A stretch of 63,987 bases of DNA, filler included, from Choristocarpus tenellus KU-1152 (taxonomy: Eukaryota > Protista > Phaeophyceae): the NCBI GenBank assembly GCA_964200185.2. It is 10 parts of 10 records of this genome, joined end to end, with 100 filler letters (N's around TTAATTAATTAA, not from the genome) between each part and the next. Parts side by side here need not be neighbours in the genome. Positions count along the whole stretch, not along the records: positions 9,656 to 12,800 come from CAXNAD020021989.1; positions 12,901 to 15,552 come from CAXNAD020025942.1; positions 15,653 to 18,178 come from CAXNAD020027060.1; positions 18,279 to 21,056 come from CAXNAD020024828.1; positions 21,157 to 32,500 come from CAXNAD020002378.1; 5 more parts are not named here. The stretch is one strand, 5' to 3'. How positions within the stretch are numbered: the stretch's first letter is position 1; each line of letters starts with the position of its first letter. The translations under genes were made by a program, and so were the position numbers. A model generated the notes under the pieces. The model did not search any database, was not told where the DNA came from, and was given only the letters and a program-made list of their open reading frames with translations. Positions 11,634-26,076 of this stretch are shown here, one piece after another.

Positions 11634-11813
11634 GACCCGAAGTATCTGGGGGAGGGGGCGGGTCTACACCAGGGTGTCCATTTGGGGAAAAATCAGGAAA
11701 AGCGCATTTACATCATCCATGTGAAGTATGCAACCAAATCACCCAAAAATCGCGATATGAAAAAATTCATCCCAACTGGACAGCCGCCACCCCCCCCCCA
11801 GATACTTTGAGTC
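11634..11813 (+). mobile_element. MITE family B (about 180 bp)
   Basis: GACCCGAAGTATCT...AGATACTTTGAGTC; 3-bp TSD AAT. Confidence 0.88.
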
Positions 11814-12738
11814 AATAATGAGAGTAGTGGTACACAAAACACTCACTCACAAACAATAACAGGGGTTATGACCAAACACACAAAAAACAGGCATCATTAT
11901 CATCACTGAGTGAGATAGGTACATACCTTATAATGACAACAGAACACACACACACGCACAACACGGCGCCAGATTGAGCCTCATTTCTACAACCCCCCTC
12001 TGGCAACATCCTACACTATGCATGATATCATTTTTATATTCCCTCTCACTGAACTGAATGACCAAGAGAGCAAAAGTCTAAGACATTTTACTCTAGTTTC
12101 AACGAGTAACTCCAAATTAAAAAAAATAGGTGTTACTGTCTACATGGCTTGGAACATTGTGGTCGTCGATACGGAATTGACCAGATTAAAAAAAGAATTG
12201 TTTCAACTAGCAGGAACGTTATGCCATGCAGTAGTACGAGCGGGAAGGTACTTTGTACGGCGACACCCCAAGTTGACAAGGCTTCATGAAAAATATTGAA
12301 GGGACGAGGTGAGGAAAGGTGGTGAAATTGACTAAAGAATTCCAGGGAGGTGTAGAATGGAGGGGGTGGGCATTTGACAATCTGGAAATGGAGAAAGGAG
12401 AGTCATTAACAACTACCTCTCACCAAAACATTGAGAGACCTTGAAAGAGACACTGGTGGTCTGATACGTGTGGAAGGAGAGAGGATTATCCAGAGTTGAG
12501 GGCTAGGTGGAAATATAAGTCTGCAGACAGTCTCGCAAAAAGAGTGGACAGCCATGAAGTTTCGATGGATGGACGTTCTCAAATAGATCGCCATGGTAAT
12601 GACAGGTTGGGTGATAGTAGTGAATCAAAGAGATACATCAGTAGAGAGAGGATAATTGGTACTATCGAGGGGAAAGGAATTTACTTGGATCCAATGAGTC
12701 AGTAGATGTGGGGGTGCAATAGATAGAAGGACAGGTTA

Positions 12739-12800
12739 GAGTGAAAGTATCTTAGAGGGTATGAGTTTTGCCCTGTTTGTCCATTTGGGGCTTGGCTTCC
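12739..12800 (-). mobile_element. MITE family A end (truncated by gap)
   Basis: GAGTGAAAGTATCTTAGAGGGTA...GTCCATTTGGGG. Confidence 0.8.
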
Positions 12801-12900
12801 NNNNNNNNNNNNNNNNNNNNNNNNNNNNNNNNNNNNNNNNNNNNTTAATTAATTAANNNNNNNNNNNNNNNNNNNNNNNNNNNNNNNNNNNNNNNNNNNN

Positions 12901-12973
12901 CACACCAAATAAGTGAAAATTGAAAAAAGGGTGAAAAACGGACGCTGGCACCCCCCCCCAGATACTTTGACCC
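12901..12973 (-). mobile_element. MITE family C end (truncated by gap)
   Basis: Ends CCCCCAGATACTTTGACCC; reverse complement of 9485-9555. Confidence 0.7.
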
Positions 12974-13769
12974 ATTTGGTTCTTAACCTGTACGTAGAAG
13001 TCAGCATCCATTTACGATTTGAAGCCACAACAATACTGAAACTCCCACCTTTACAGACTCCTCCTTACTGTTGTATTGAATTGTTCTGTTTTGACATCAG
13101 GTTTTTTAATCCATTCAGAGATGGTGTACCCACTTTGATACTACCAGACCATCTCTATTTTTCTCATTCTAAGTAACAACAATCCTTCCATCCACTACAA
13201 CGTATTTTCAACTTTTCATAGTTGTGTGTTGTAAGGTTGTTGTGAGGATTAAATACGTGCAACAAGACTGATAGAAACTTTGATGACACCAATTATAATA
13301 CTTTTTTAGTGAGCAGGCTCAACAATCCCTGCCTCAGATTTTGATTGGAGTATTTTGATCATTTCATTTAGCAGACAAGTAAAAATGCCAAAAACCATGT
13401 TTTTAGATTGACTGCGACAATGGTATACTCTATACTCTCTGAAAAAAGGTTGTAAGGAGTGGAGGGATAAGTGGTATTGTAGAAACAGGTGTCAATACGT
13501 CGTAGTAAGTTGTGCTCGCCGACCAGATCATATGAACTACAATGTGGATACGAAGACTACCCGTTTTGATCTGCCCTTATTTGGGTTGTTCTTGACAGGT
13601 TGATGATGTTCATGTCCAACAACAGAATCTTCCCTTAACGACGAACTCATTGGTGACCACCTCCCCACCCTCATTCGTGGTGTTGGAGGGTATCATTTTA
13701 GGGAGTGTACACATCGTCACTATTGTTCTGAACTTATTTTGAGGGAAAAAAGATTTCTAAAGGGAAGTG

Positions 13770-14050
13770 GGATCGAAAATATCGATAATGTCGATTCTAG
13801 TCCAATCGTTAACGAGTCGAGACGTGTGAACGAACGATCGAGGTAGGGATCATTGAGGACATCTTTCAGTTAGCATGCATCCTGGAAAATTCCAAGCTTA
13901 ATATTTCCTCTCACTTTTCGGTTTTTAAGTCGAAAGATTTTACAAGAAATGAGCACATCGCATATGTGAGTGAGATTTTCGGTTTCGATTCGTGAAGATA
14001 TTATCGAATCGTGTTACGATTTTCAATATCTTAATGTACCAATATATTGT
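13770..14050 (+). promoter_or_regulatory. CpG/TCGA-rich putative promoter of the plastid-targeted gene
   Basis: Dense CG and TCGA in an otherwise CpG-poor background, just upstream of ATG 14176. Confidence 0.45.
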
Positions 14051-14175
14051 AGTACAATTTGTATAATTTTTTATTTAAGATTTTTTTGTTGGGTCATGAA
14101 CTTCTACTGCACCACCACCAAAGATTGATGCACTGGTTGTCTCAAACTGCTGTTAGAAGACAAGCAATATCTACC

Positions 14176-14367
14176 ATGAAGGGAGGTGGGATGCTGTTTT
14201 TCTGTTCCCTGGCGGCCGTAGCCCCTAGTGGCCTCGGCTTCGTCATGCCGGTCGCGCGTGGGGGAGCTGCTGTGACCCGTCCACGACCCTCCACACAGCC
14301 GCTAATGGGGACGAGAATGAAGGCAACCACCAAGGCGGTAGCAAGTGAAAAAGAAAGCAGCGGGGAC
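14176..14367 (+). CDS. First exon of a nucleus-encoded, probably plastid-targeted protein (remainder not identified)
   Basis: ACCATG context; MKGGGMLFFCSLAAVAPSGLG|FVMPVARGG...RMKATTK looks like a signal peptide with Phe at +1 followed by an S/T/R-rich transit peptide (ochrophyte bipartite signal); ends at a GTGAGT donor in phase 0. Confidence 0.7.
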
Positions 14368-15483
14368 GTGAGTAAAAGCTATCGCTTGAGTTACATCATT
14401 ATTAATGAAAACGCATTTCGGTGGGCAGCTACAACATCGCTGCTTGACACGTGTTAGAGGCATTCTCTCACAGGATTCCTACCAACTGCAACTGTGGCCA
14501 TACATGCTCGACTCCCGAGTTGCATCTCCGACAGTGGAAATTCATCCTCAGGGGATAGAAGATTTGTTGCTATTATGTGTCTTGGTTTTCGGATGCCGCT
14601 GCTTTGAGATTGTGACTTAGGCTATGGGTAATCGACATTTCGTCGGGAAGGTTGGGGACATCTTGAGGGCTATTGTTGCACCATCTCTACTATTCGTCAA
14701 CTGTGGTGTTTTCAATCATCATAGCACATTACCGAATCCTTAAACTCTTCCCTTTCGATGGGGAGTTTTGTTGATTTGCGGCCTTTCTCGTCGCAGGCTC
14801 ATCACACATATATACAACTAACATTTTTCCAAAGAATGATATCATAATGGGACCAAGGAGTTGTCTTTAAGGGATGCCTGTCTTCAGGATGCAAGGTCAT
14901 CATTTCACCGTTGCATTTGTCGCGTTGTTGCCAATAGTTTCAGGCCTAGGTGCCACCCCCCTGTCCCTTGGTCAAGATTTGTAGTTTTTTCTTTCATTCA
15001 GCGCAGGAAAACGCTGGTTGTTTCAAGTCGCAAATGGAAGCCATTCTATAAGACCCATCCCACATAATTGACCTCCCATACTCCGGGATATGTGACACTG
15101 TAGTGCTTGCTGCCGTCTCTTCTTTAGCATTCTGGTATGGAACGAGCGTATTGTGTTGAGTTTCATTCTTGTGGAAAGCAGGGTGTCTCAAGCTGGAGAT
15201 AAGGACGGTAGTGTGGTTCCCAGTGCCCTCCTCTCTTTCCCTCCCCCTTGGCAACACACGCACACACACACACACACACACACTGAAGACACCACCCATT
15301 CATAGGTTTGGTTTTACCTCCTCTTACTGGAGTATGATCGTTTCAGTTGTCATCAATGCCAACATAAAAATTATGAGACCACTCTGGCAGTGCGTTATAC
15401 CCTTGTGAAAGAGTATCCTGATTAGGAAATGCACTGGGGGGCAATGTTGTTAATAGTAAGTGCAGGATTGAACCCTGACCCAA

Positions 15484-15515
<32 letters not shown>

Positions 15516-15666
15516 CCAAAACACCACACAACCAACAAAAAAACTAGCTATANNNNNNNNNNNNNNNNNNNNNNNNNNNNNNNNNNNNNNNNNNNNTTAA
15601 TTAATTAANNNNNNNNNNNNNNNNNNNNNNNNNNNNNNNNNNNNNNNNNNNNATATATGTGCGTGT

Positions 15667-15847
15667 GATCCAAAGTATCTGAGGGGGTGGAGGGGATCTA
15701 CACGAGGGTGTCCATTTGGACCAAAATCGGGAAAAGTGCATTTGCATTATCCATCCGACGTATGGCAGCCAAATCACCCAAAAATCGTGACATGAAAAAA
15801 TTGACCTCAAATGGACAGCCGCCACCCCCTCCCAGATACTTTGAGCC
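15667..15847 (+). mobile_element. MITE family B
   Basis: GATCCAAAGTATCT...AGATACTTTGAGCC; 3-bp TSD TGT. Confidence 0.9.
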
Positions 15848-18092
15848 TGTGTGTGACGAGTCTTTGGGGATGAGGAGTGAGGTTGATGTTGGGTGGCATT
15901 ACATATTTGTTATCATCCATTGGCAGTGTGTATGTAGAGTACTAGTTTGTGAGGGAATGTTGATGAAATTGGCATAATGGAACACTTCCACCAAGACATA
16001 AAAAGGTTAGACCACTCGCACAAAGCGACAATCTCATGCTATACCTATAAAGTGTGTTTTGCGCCTGAATTGATAGGAGATTTCCCCTCTTTTCCTAAAC
16101 AGATAAGTGGTCGCCACAGAATATCAGCTCCATTTTTATGTGGGTTGACAAACACAGTAAATTATTGCTTCTGAGATCATTCTTCTACAATAGCACTCCA
16201 CTATTGGATACTGGTAGCATCACCACACGTCACCTTTACAGGCAACAAAATGAAAAAATACACACACACATGTATTTCAAGCACAAAGCACATACACCTA
16301 ATGTGATATACAAGCACCATGAAGCATGTATAAACTCGCATATAGATACCATGACAGTCATATCTCTGGGCAGTATGGCGGCAGCTAAGCGGAAGATACC
16401 TGCCAGCACAAAAAGGGCCAACATGAATGCATCCACAATGTTCCACTCGTCAGAGAAGTGTCGACTCAGAGTCTTGGCCTGCCATGTATTAATGGGGTTT
16501 CACAGGTCAGGAGGCAGGATGCAGGTTAGATATGTAGGGGAGAGAGGAGATGAAGGGCAGGCACTGTGGGCTGTGTAGATATTTTGTTACGAGTTGTGGT
16601 CATCCCCTTGCCGTTCAGCACATTTTACAAGACATGTAGGATAAATGTGCAAATGTATGGTGCGTAGCAGCAAAATGGTGATGGATAGGTGCTATTTATG
16701 CTTCCATGTATGTGCAATCAAGTATGATTCACAAGTACTCGCAAGTACCCATGAACACATTTACGCATACATGCCTACGGAGTGTCGTATTTGGTGATAA
16801 AAGGGGCTACTGGGGTCGAGTGCGGGCCAGATTTTGAAACTAAGACGTCCACATATACTCCTTTTTCACCCAACATTCTTCCTCACACTCGTTGAGTAGT
16901 CTCAAAATCATGACCATGGTGCTTTATTGATGCAATGAGCTGTACTCCTGCTATTTTTGCAGCCTGTGTGCTTTTCGTCTACCATCTACACTCTCGATGT
17001 CAATTGATACTTGCTCCTTTCATGCCAACTGAGATCCATGAAAATGGCTGAGAGCATTGTTTAGCCAGGAAAAGAACCGTGCCCCGGCTTGTTGCTCCTT
17101 GACCTATTTCCTCTCCCCACATGTACACTCTAGCCATCATTGGCCCGTTCCCCCCTCTGTCTCTCTTCCCCTCCCCCCTCCACCATCATAACATATCCGC
17201 CTATTAAAAACTAAAACCAACAAAACTTGAATAATAGCCATCACTTAGATCTGATATTCTGTTGTCTCTGAACTCCCATTCCCTTCCCTCCACCAAGAAA
17301 ACATACCAAAGTATACCCCATTTCAGGCCCTCCTGCACCGGCACTGAACTCATTACCATTAAGCATATTTTTCACTCTGGTTGAATATGGTCTGTCGGAT
17401 GACAGAATGAGCTCTACAACAGTTTTTTTTTCAACAGTTTCAATTTCCTCTCAAATCAACCTTTTCCGGCTTGTTTTTAGGACACACCACAAACAAATAA
17501 TTTCGTCAGTTCACCAGGTCCTCTGACCTTCAGTCTATAATCAATAGCAGGCATGGTACTCCTGTATATGGATACATGGATGGAAGCCAGCATGAGGAAG
17601 GGAGAAAGACGACTGTCAGTATGAACAAATGAAATATTGATTGAGATTTCCTGTAGTCAACACAACATTGAAAAGGCAGGACTTGTTGGAGACAGGCATT
17701 ATTATGTGTGTGGTTCCTCTACCCTCCCCCACTCACATTATGTGCCTCCCTCATCTCTCTGATGAGGTACCCAATCACGTACAAGTAGAAGACTCGCTCT
17801 ACCCAGTTCACCTCAATAGGGGACTCCAGCACCACCACGTTACAATACACAATCACAAAGGACCTGCCGCGCACACGCACACATGTATTGTCAAGGAAGA
17901 GTCGACCCTTTGTCGCGTTGCCAGTCGATCGGGTTACCAGAGTTCCATGGAGAGGATTGGATGCATTGCATTTTTGGTAGTTGTGGAGCTACTACCACTC
18001 CACTTCAATGTGTGTGACATGTACGTCCTTAAGAATATAAGATGTATCTACCCATAGATACATTTTCACTAAAATACTTCAGAGTGTATATT

Positions 18093-18178
18093 GGCTCAAA
18101 GTATCTGGGGGGGGGGGGGGGGGGGGGCGGAAACCCCCGGTAGATTCCGTCGCACGTCCGTGGAGGTGCGCCATCTCC
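18093..18178 (+). mobile_element. Further element end with the same TIR core (family D; truncated by gap)
   Basis: GGCTCAAAGTATCTGGGG followed by a different internal sequence. Confidence 0.6.
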
Positions 18179-18387
18179 NNNNNNNNNNNNNNNNNNNNNN
18201 NNNNNNNNNNNNNNNNNNNNNNTTAATTAATTAANNNNNNNNNNNNNNNNNNNNNNNNNNNNNNNNNNNNNNNNNNNNCCACACCCCCCTCACAAACATG
18301 CTTTCCTTTCATTCGTGATGGCTTTATAAGAAAGACATTTTGACCTGATCCGCACAATTTGAAAATTTGAAAATGTGAACATCGTAG

Positions 18388-20007
18388 ATACAAGTCTCCA
18401 GATGGTCCAGGCATGTTTCTAATTGAACTCCTGGAGATGCACCCACACTACCTTGGAGACATGGAGGAGCTTGGAGATATGCCCATCATGTTCAAAATTC
18501 TCTCCATTAGTAAGGCCCTCAGCATTCAGGTGAAAGTAAAGTAAAGTAAAGTAAAGTAAAGTAGAGTAGAGTGACCTTGAATTTACAAGAGATGACACTA
18601 AAACAAACAACCCTGTGGTGAACCCTATGACCCTAACCCTAACCCTTGCAGAAAGATATGGAAGGCGTGCCTAGTTTTTTTTCTTTAGTCTTCCCGAGTG
18701 TAGTCTTCTAACTTGATTATTGTTTACAAGAGCAGCCTGAGGAGGTTTGTATCTGTCTCTATGTACTGGCAGTAGTATCATAGTATCATACAGAGCTAAA
18801 CCCTGTTTGGACTTGGGGTCATGAAATATGAGTCGTCAGACTGAGATGCCACTAGGAGTATCCCATGAAGGAGAGACAATAGAGGAGGTTATGCATTGAG
18901 AATGGAATGGATGATGTTGGCTTGATATGGAATACACGCCATGCTACTGATTTTTATGTTGTTGTTTGTCTGGTTTTCCCCGATCTAACCCTAACTCTCA
19001 GCCTGATTTTAATTTTTTTTATTATTTAAGATTATTTTCACTGTTTATAAAATTTACAAATCCATCTCTTTCTTCTCTTGCAGCTGATTTATTGTGTATT
19101 GTGTTATGTGTGTTGTGAATGGTTTTGTTTCCTAAGGCCGGGTCAAATATGACTGTTGACATTTTAGCCTAAAAAGGTCTATTAAAGGTCTATTCAATGG
19201 GGCCTTCACTCACTCAATACAAGTTGGAGCATATCAAAAATAAGAACATGAAATGACACTAGAGTCGAGAAATACTCACACATTCACATTTTCACATGTT
19301 TTGGTACGATAAAAATAAGAATGGGGGTGAGAGGTATGGAAATGGAAAGATTTCTGAAATGCTAATCAACAACCACTAAGTTGTCGCCTCCCAATATCAT
19401 ATATATATATATATATTGTATCACTCTCATACAGTCAGTCTCCAGTAGACACAACCTTGAAGGTGGGGACAGCAAAACAAAAGTTAGAAGCAGAGTAATA
19501 AATAGGAGAAAAGTAAAAGGAGACAAGAAAAGATACATTGACAGGTTTATCTATGCTTTGGAACATGCCAGTACTGCTACAGGAGAAGTGTGACATGCGA
19601 CATGTGATATGTATTGATGTATTGACAATCACTCTTGAAGTTCTTAAGTTCTACTCCCATGTATCTATTCTACCGTGACAATGTGACAACTGTTCCACCT
19701 GCCTGTATGTTGTTCTTGTCTGAAGTATGTTCTTATTTTATGCAGAAAATTTACTGTCCACTGCGTTTTGGAGCCCTGTTTTGTTTCATCCCCCACTTGT
19801 ATTCCGATATCTGATATCTGATATCTGATTTGTGATATTTCATATTTGATACTTGATATTTTCAGGCCCATCCGGACAAGAAGGTGGCAGAGCGTCTCTA
19901 TGCTACTCGACCAGACCTCTACAAGGATGACAACCATAAACCAGAGATGGCAGTGGCTCTGTGTGACTTCGAGGGGCTCTGTGGCTTTAGACCCTTCCAT
20001 GAGATTG
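18388..20007 (+). CDS. MPI: Mannose-6-phosphate isomerase (type I PMI), two internal exons only
   Basis: Exons ~18388-18529 ([20 protein letters not shown]) and 19866-20007 ([47 protein letters not shown]) splice GT-AG to give the PMI type I signature LSIQAHP...[11 protein letters not shown]. Confidence 0.92.
18534..18572. repeat. (AAAGT)n/(AGAGT)n pentamer microsatellite
   Basis: Directly visible just after the MPI donor site. Confidence 0.85.
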
Positions 20008-23000
20008 GTATGTCTGCAGTTGTACATAGTTGTAACTTGTAGTGTTTGTGGATATTGATTGGTTGAGCAAGGGGTTGTGAAGAGTGCAGATTGGTCAATT
20101 GTGGTAGTGAACACTTGTCCCTGTCTTTTTTTTTTGGGTAGTTGTGATACCTTTGGGCTTCCTGAATGATGTTTAAACTGTTCCCTCCCTACTAGCGATG
20201 GTCAAGACTACATTAATTTTCTCAATGTGTATGAGGTCCGAGCATGATCTTATTAATATCCACTGTAGGCATATTGGGGTTGAAGAGGTTGGTGACATTG
20301 AATGATATTATGTACCTGAAGAGGACATTGAGTACCAAACTTTGTTGTCTCAAGTACAACCGGGATGATTAGGATCACAAACAGTTGATGAAATGTTGAA
20401 CATTTTTGATTGGATGATGGCTCACTTCTTTTCTTTTTTTTTTCTAGATGTTCTCATTGGTCATTGGTGATCCCCTAGAAGCAGAAGACATTGCCGCCAT
20501 GTGTTGTTTACCATGAATGAATGCTGATGCTCTCTTCATACTGATGCCTGCTGGAGCATGCCATTGTCTCTGCTAGCTTGTCAACAGCTCACCTATCCAA
20601 TACCGTGATCGCTTTCCTTATCCCTATCCCTATCCCTATCCCTAACCCTATCCTAATTCACTATTAATGTTGATGTTTGTTTTGATGTTAATATTCCATG
20701 TTTCTTTTTTTCTCTCTTTTTTTTCTTTTTTCTCAGCGTAGCATTGATGCAATTTAGTTACACACATTGTTGGTGCTCAAGAGGTCAACAATTTGTCGTA
20801 GATGATATTATAGTTGTACACGACTTCATTGTAGATCAGGATATATTTAGTTATCCTAGTACATTATTATCATTATCAAGATTATTATCATTATGAACAT
20901 TATTTTCAGTCAATGGCAGAGGTGATTTATGTTCTTTGAAGTTCACATGTGGGGACTTGAGGGAAAAAGTATATCAAGATCGGACTGTTCTGTGTGTGTC
21001 TTGGTAACCCCCCCACCGCCACCCAGCCCCCAACACCACCGTCTGTAAAAACATAANNNNNNNNNNNNNNNNNNNNNNNNNNNNNNNNNNNNNNNNNNNN
21101 TTAATTAATTAANNNNNNNNNNNNNNNNNNNNNNNNNNNNNNNNNNNNNNNNNNNNAACAACTCAATGTTTCTCCCACAGAATCATATTTTACACATGAA
21201 TAAAAAGCATTTTCTTAACAGTGGCTTTCACCGTCCCCTGAGGCATCCAAGCCTTGTGTCCTCTCGTCTCGAGGCATTGCGCTACCACACTGTTCTTCGT
21301 TGGAATGTTTGAGACTGGAGCCCGGACAGACTTCTGAACTGAAGAATTGGGACCAACAGGCGATGATGGGATGAGCGAGCCGCTCAAGCGACGGGGGTCA
21401 TTCGTCCTAGGCATCCCGATCATGCCCACTTTGACAGTGTTTCACGAAGTTTTTGAACCCTGCAAATGCAACTTGTTCGACTTTGCACTGATGATCTTCC
21501 AGAGGCATGTCAGTCCACCAACTAAACATTTGCATGCCTCGTAATCTATATGAAAACTAATCTTGGTCCAGAGGGTTTATCACATGGGTCATTCCCAGGC
21601 GAGAATAGAGCTTACAAGAGTTATGCTACATTCAATTCTGAACGGAGGAAGTATATGTTTTACAAACCTGCGTACAAAACTGAATTTGTTGAAACGTGGT
21701 GTCATACATGCTGTATCTCCAAGGATTTTCATGATCTGAGGCGTCACCACTAGTTCCCCCGACCTATTTCTATCTGTATAGGCTCTCGCAGCCCTAGGTT
21801 GTCTGAGATATTGGAAGGTGTATATATTATATACTATATATAGACCATGTCAAAGAACAGACAGTATAGACCCAGGTCCTGGTCCAGATCTGGCATGTAG
21901 CACTAGGTCTAGGTCCCAGAATCCATATCACACTTCTGCTCTTCACACTTAATATATCAGGCCTCTAGGTTAGAGTCAGAAGATCACAGTCCTGATCCCA
22001 GGTAAGGTCTGAGAACCCACACCTGTAGTGTACTTAGGAATCTAATCGGTGGAGAAGCTCTGACTGTATGAAATTCTGAAAAATTGAAAAGGGTAGGTAT
22101 CATACTATGCGCGAAAATTGAACAGCCCTACTACGTGTCTAGTTTTTGTTTACCAATCGCCCAGTGCAAAACATGCAGTTTGGCCGTTCGTTGCGATCTA
22201 TGCAACCGTAAAAATAGTGGCACAGAGCAAGATGCTACAGATAGAACATACTAGAAGAAGAGATAAAATGGGTCAAAAACATGACGCTCTGGAGAGTACA
22301 AAAATATCATTATATATACCTACTACTGGAGTACATTGTTACTCCTTAAATACTTAGTTACTACTCCCAGTACATAGTAGTAGGAGTAGGAGTAGTAGTA
22401 GTAGTAGTAAAGTAAATACCAACATTTTACAATATATTTTCATAGAAGAAATATCCCAGAGTAAGAATGCCACTTTCAACAACAGTAGTAGTTACAACAA
22501 TAGTGATGATATGTTACGAATGAACTAAGGTATCTCAAGTGCCACTCTCTAGAAGGTGAATTCGAGTAGTATCAATTATTGCGATAACTACTAATTTCCT
22601 CCTCGTCATACCTGTTGTGTGACATCAGAGGACATACGAGAAAGTATCAGAAAAAAGTTGTGAAAATACAAACACCGAGAAACACATACTAGCTAGTACA
22701 ACGAATAATGGTAGTAATCTAGATGTGGCCTTTGTCGAGGTCAACGCTGACTGTCACCTGGAGGCATCAACAAGAAATTGGGTCGCTACTTCTGCAGCTG
22801 GGACTGAAAACCCTCTCTGTGAGAAATAATCTTTTATCCTTCGTAGTTTTGACCTCAACATCAACCTTCGCAGTTGAGAGCTTCTTCAGATGATGTATTG
22901 GCGCATCATACAGGCAAAACAATTTCTAAAAGAGGTTGTACCGACTCGCGTAGTGTGCATAGAAGCACGGAAGGTGACTTGGCTTAGCAGGAGCACCTAC

Positions 23001-23126
23001 TACTGATTATTGCAACTTCTCAGTAACAGCATAAGGTACTCTATCAACACATGCTGTGAAAAGTTCATCATCACATTATCTGTGCCATCTCTGGTAATAC
23101 TACATATTTACAACATAATACACTAA

Positions 23127-23307
23127 GACCCAAAGTATCTCGGGGGGTGGGGGGGGTCTACACGAGGGTGTCCATTTGGACCAAAATCGGGAAAAGTCCA
23201 TTTGGATTATCCATCCGACGTATGGCAGTCAAATCACCCAAAAATCGTGATATGAAAAAATTGACCCCATATGGACAGCCGCCACCCCCTCTGAGATACT
23301 TTGAGAC
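23127..23307 (+). mobile_element. MITE family B
   Basis: GACCCAAAGTATCT...AGATACTTTGAGAC; 3-bp TSD TAA. Confidence 0.9.
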
Positions 23308-25816
23308 TAAAACTGTCTGTCCTGTTTTTATTTTGGCTCAGCATTTAATAAGTGCATATTGCAAAGAGCACATGCGTACATTGCCTAGTAGGTATCTATT
23401 GTCGAATGCAGTTGTTAATCTTCCTCCACATACCCTTTATTTCAGTGCTTGTTTCCCTAGGATGACGTTTAATGGGTGATCTTGAAGCTCAGCCAGACGG
23501 AGAACCAAGAGCACACATCTTTCGACTTCTTCTAGTCTCTTTCTCACTCACAGGACTCTATGCAACTGATGCTCTTTATTAGGGGTGATGTGTCCGAAAT
23601 TTGTATCTATCTCAAAACCTACCCCACTTTTGTTGCCATCCTCCCTCAGCACTACATACTGGTTCCAAGAACTTCGAATGTTCCGCATTTTGAAATAGTT
23701 TTTGAAGCATGTGCATGTGTATGCACGAATGAATCTGGTGTTACATGACGTCTGCACTTTGAAATATGAAGTACGGTATGTACTGGAGTATATTAACCAT
23801 ATTATCCCATATTATCCCATATTGTAAATATATTTATAGTTCTTTGGTAGTGTGTGCTTGAATCAATATACTATGCCTGTTTTGATCAATGTTTGTGTGT
23901 ATGATTTTATATTATTATTATGCCCTCTGAAATTTTGTAGAGTGTGTCAGGGGAAATACCGTTATTTTATCGTACTTAGTAGTAGCATACAACTCATCAA
24001 GGCAATACTCTAGTACATGCAGTATTGACTTTGGACCACAATAGTACTAATACAATAGTAACTAACAGTGATATTATTTCATTTCATATCCAGTACTTAA
24101 TCAAGTATTAGATGATGGAATAAATTTATTCTTTTTGTGAACCCCAAAATATCTCTGCTGAAAAGCAACATATAATTGACTAGAAAAATATCTCAACTTG
24201 TTTTTAAGCTGTTGGCACCAAGCGGTGGATTACATGTAGCACCTTGAGGCAAAGGGTGTTTGAAGGGTGAGTAACCCTGGCAGAGACTTGGGATATTCAC
24301 AAAAAAATTCACTATTCAAAACGCAAAATAATATCTTTACAAAACAATATCGTTCTAGGAATAGTTCTCAAAGAAAATGATATATACCAGAACAATAAAA
24401 TCATATAGAAATTATTTTGTTCCCATCCTACGTATATTTTTCCAACCCCAACAAATACTACTGAAGTATAGAATCATACTAATACATACACATATAATAA
24501 CAATGTATACACTATAAAATTAAAAGAGTATTATCAATAATAAACCAATAAGTGCTTCGTCCACTAGTACATTATATTCTTATGGTAGTGATGGAATCGA
24601 ACGCCCTTCCCAGCCCATCCAATTCTGAACACTACTAAACCAAAATATACACCAACACACACATTTACGCATTACACATACCTTGTAAGTACAATCCTAT
24701 CTCACTCCTAATCTCTTTGCCGCTTTCTTGCTTTCAAATTCTTCTTGCAGATATTGAAAACATACTATGAATTGTAGCTGATATAGCCAAGGCAACCACC
24801 CATTAAACTAAACCGAATCCAACTGCATTTACTAACAATTCCAATAATTCAGGTGATGTTCACAGAGGCTGGGATTGTTTCTGGAGTCTGACTTCACATT
24901 TTCAGGACCAGGAGATTACTAGATGCACCTCCTTGCTATTGGGATGTATTGCTGTCATGAGCTGGGGCAATTTCACTTTTTGAATGGATGAATTCCTGAC
25001 TGGACTCTGCCTGCCCCTTGAGTCAGTGGGCCTGGCTGGCACTGGTGCTGGTATTTGTTGTTTGTCACTGGTAGGAGTTTGTCCTGTGATAATAGTGTCA
25101 AATGTGCCTTGACCCTTTCTGTACTATCTAACTTCTCTTTAACTTGATTTTCTGTTACTAAGGGTATTTTACATATTTTTCTATGTCTGCTCTGTTTGCG
25201 TTACCTCCTGATCACAGGTGGGTCACTATTGATCAGGCTATAATGAACGCATGAACAAAATAATCTGAATTTTGTTGTTTGTTTGGAAAGCAAGGCCCTA
25301 CTATACCAGTCACCTTCCGGTCCTTCACTGTTGCTTCCCATGCAGTACTTGGACCAACACACCCAACCACGCAAACAAAGGGGAAGTCAGGAAATGATGA
25401 AAACTACCATCTTTGATCATCCTCTCGTACATATGGAAAATATGGATCGTTGCAATACCCATGTGGATGATACAACACTGTTATACAGCTCTTAGATATA
25501 TCGTAGGACAAACTTATGTCCCTCCATCACCTTGTGCAGCATCCATCGCTCATGACACACAGACAGAGCTGAGCACTTTCACTTGAATGTGCCCCGGTGG
25601 AAGGCTTGAAGAGTAAGTCCAACCATGGGTTGAGCATCAACTCTGGTTTTTGTCTTTCCAGGAGGTGAAATCCTTGGGACATGGGATACTCTACAAGCAG
25701 CGTCCAGTTGCAGTAGCGGAGAGCCCCCCCGAAAATAATTGATACTTTCGCTACTCAGTGGAAAATAAATATGGCTTGTATCCAACTTTTATCCTCGATA
25801 TCCATGAGAGTGTTGT

Positions 25817-26076
25817 GAGCCAAAGTATCTTAGAGGGTAGAGCCGCGTCCATTTGGGGACCAAAATCCAATGTAGCGATTTTGATGTAATTTTGGCTATT
25901 GTGTTTCTTAGGGAGTGTCAATATCTATGTTCTGGACACACCTTTTCATAATTTATATATTTTATCTACTCCTAAACAGTTTAGAGTAGCAAAATGTCAT
26001 TTTAAAAAAACATGGGAAGCCAAGCCCCAAATGGACAAACAGGGCAAAACTCGTACCGTCTAAGATACTTTCACTC
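25817..26076 (+). mobile_element. MITE family A
   Basis: Both TIRs intact; no TSD visible. Confidence 0.88.

Noticed and set aside
14176-20007. Joining the plastid-targeting exon to MPI
   Set aside because: Separated by two artificial linkers, and the intervening MPI N-terminal exons were not found.
23560-23748. EICIYLKTYPTFVAIL as the next MPI exon
   Set aside because: Only superficial similarity; no suitable acceptor or phase, different contig, and downstream sequence is not MPI-like.
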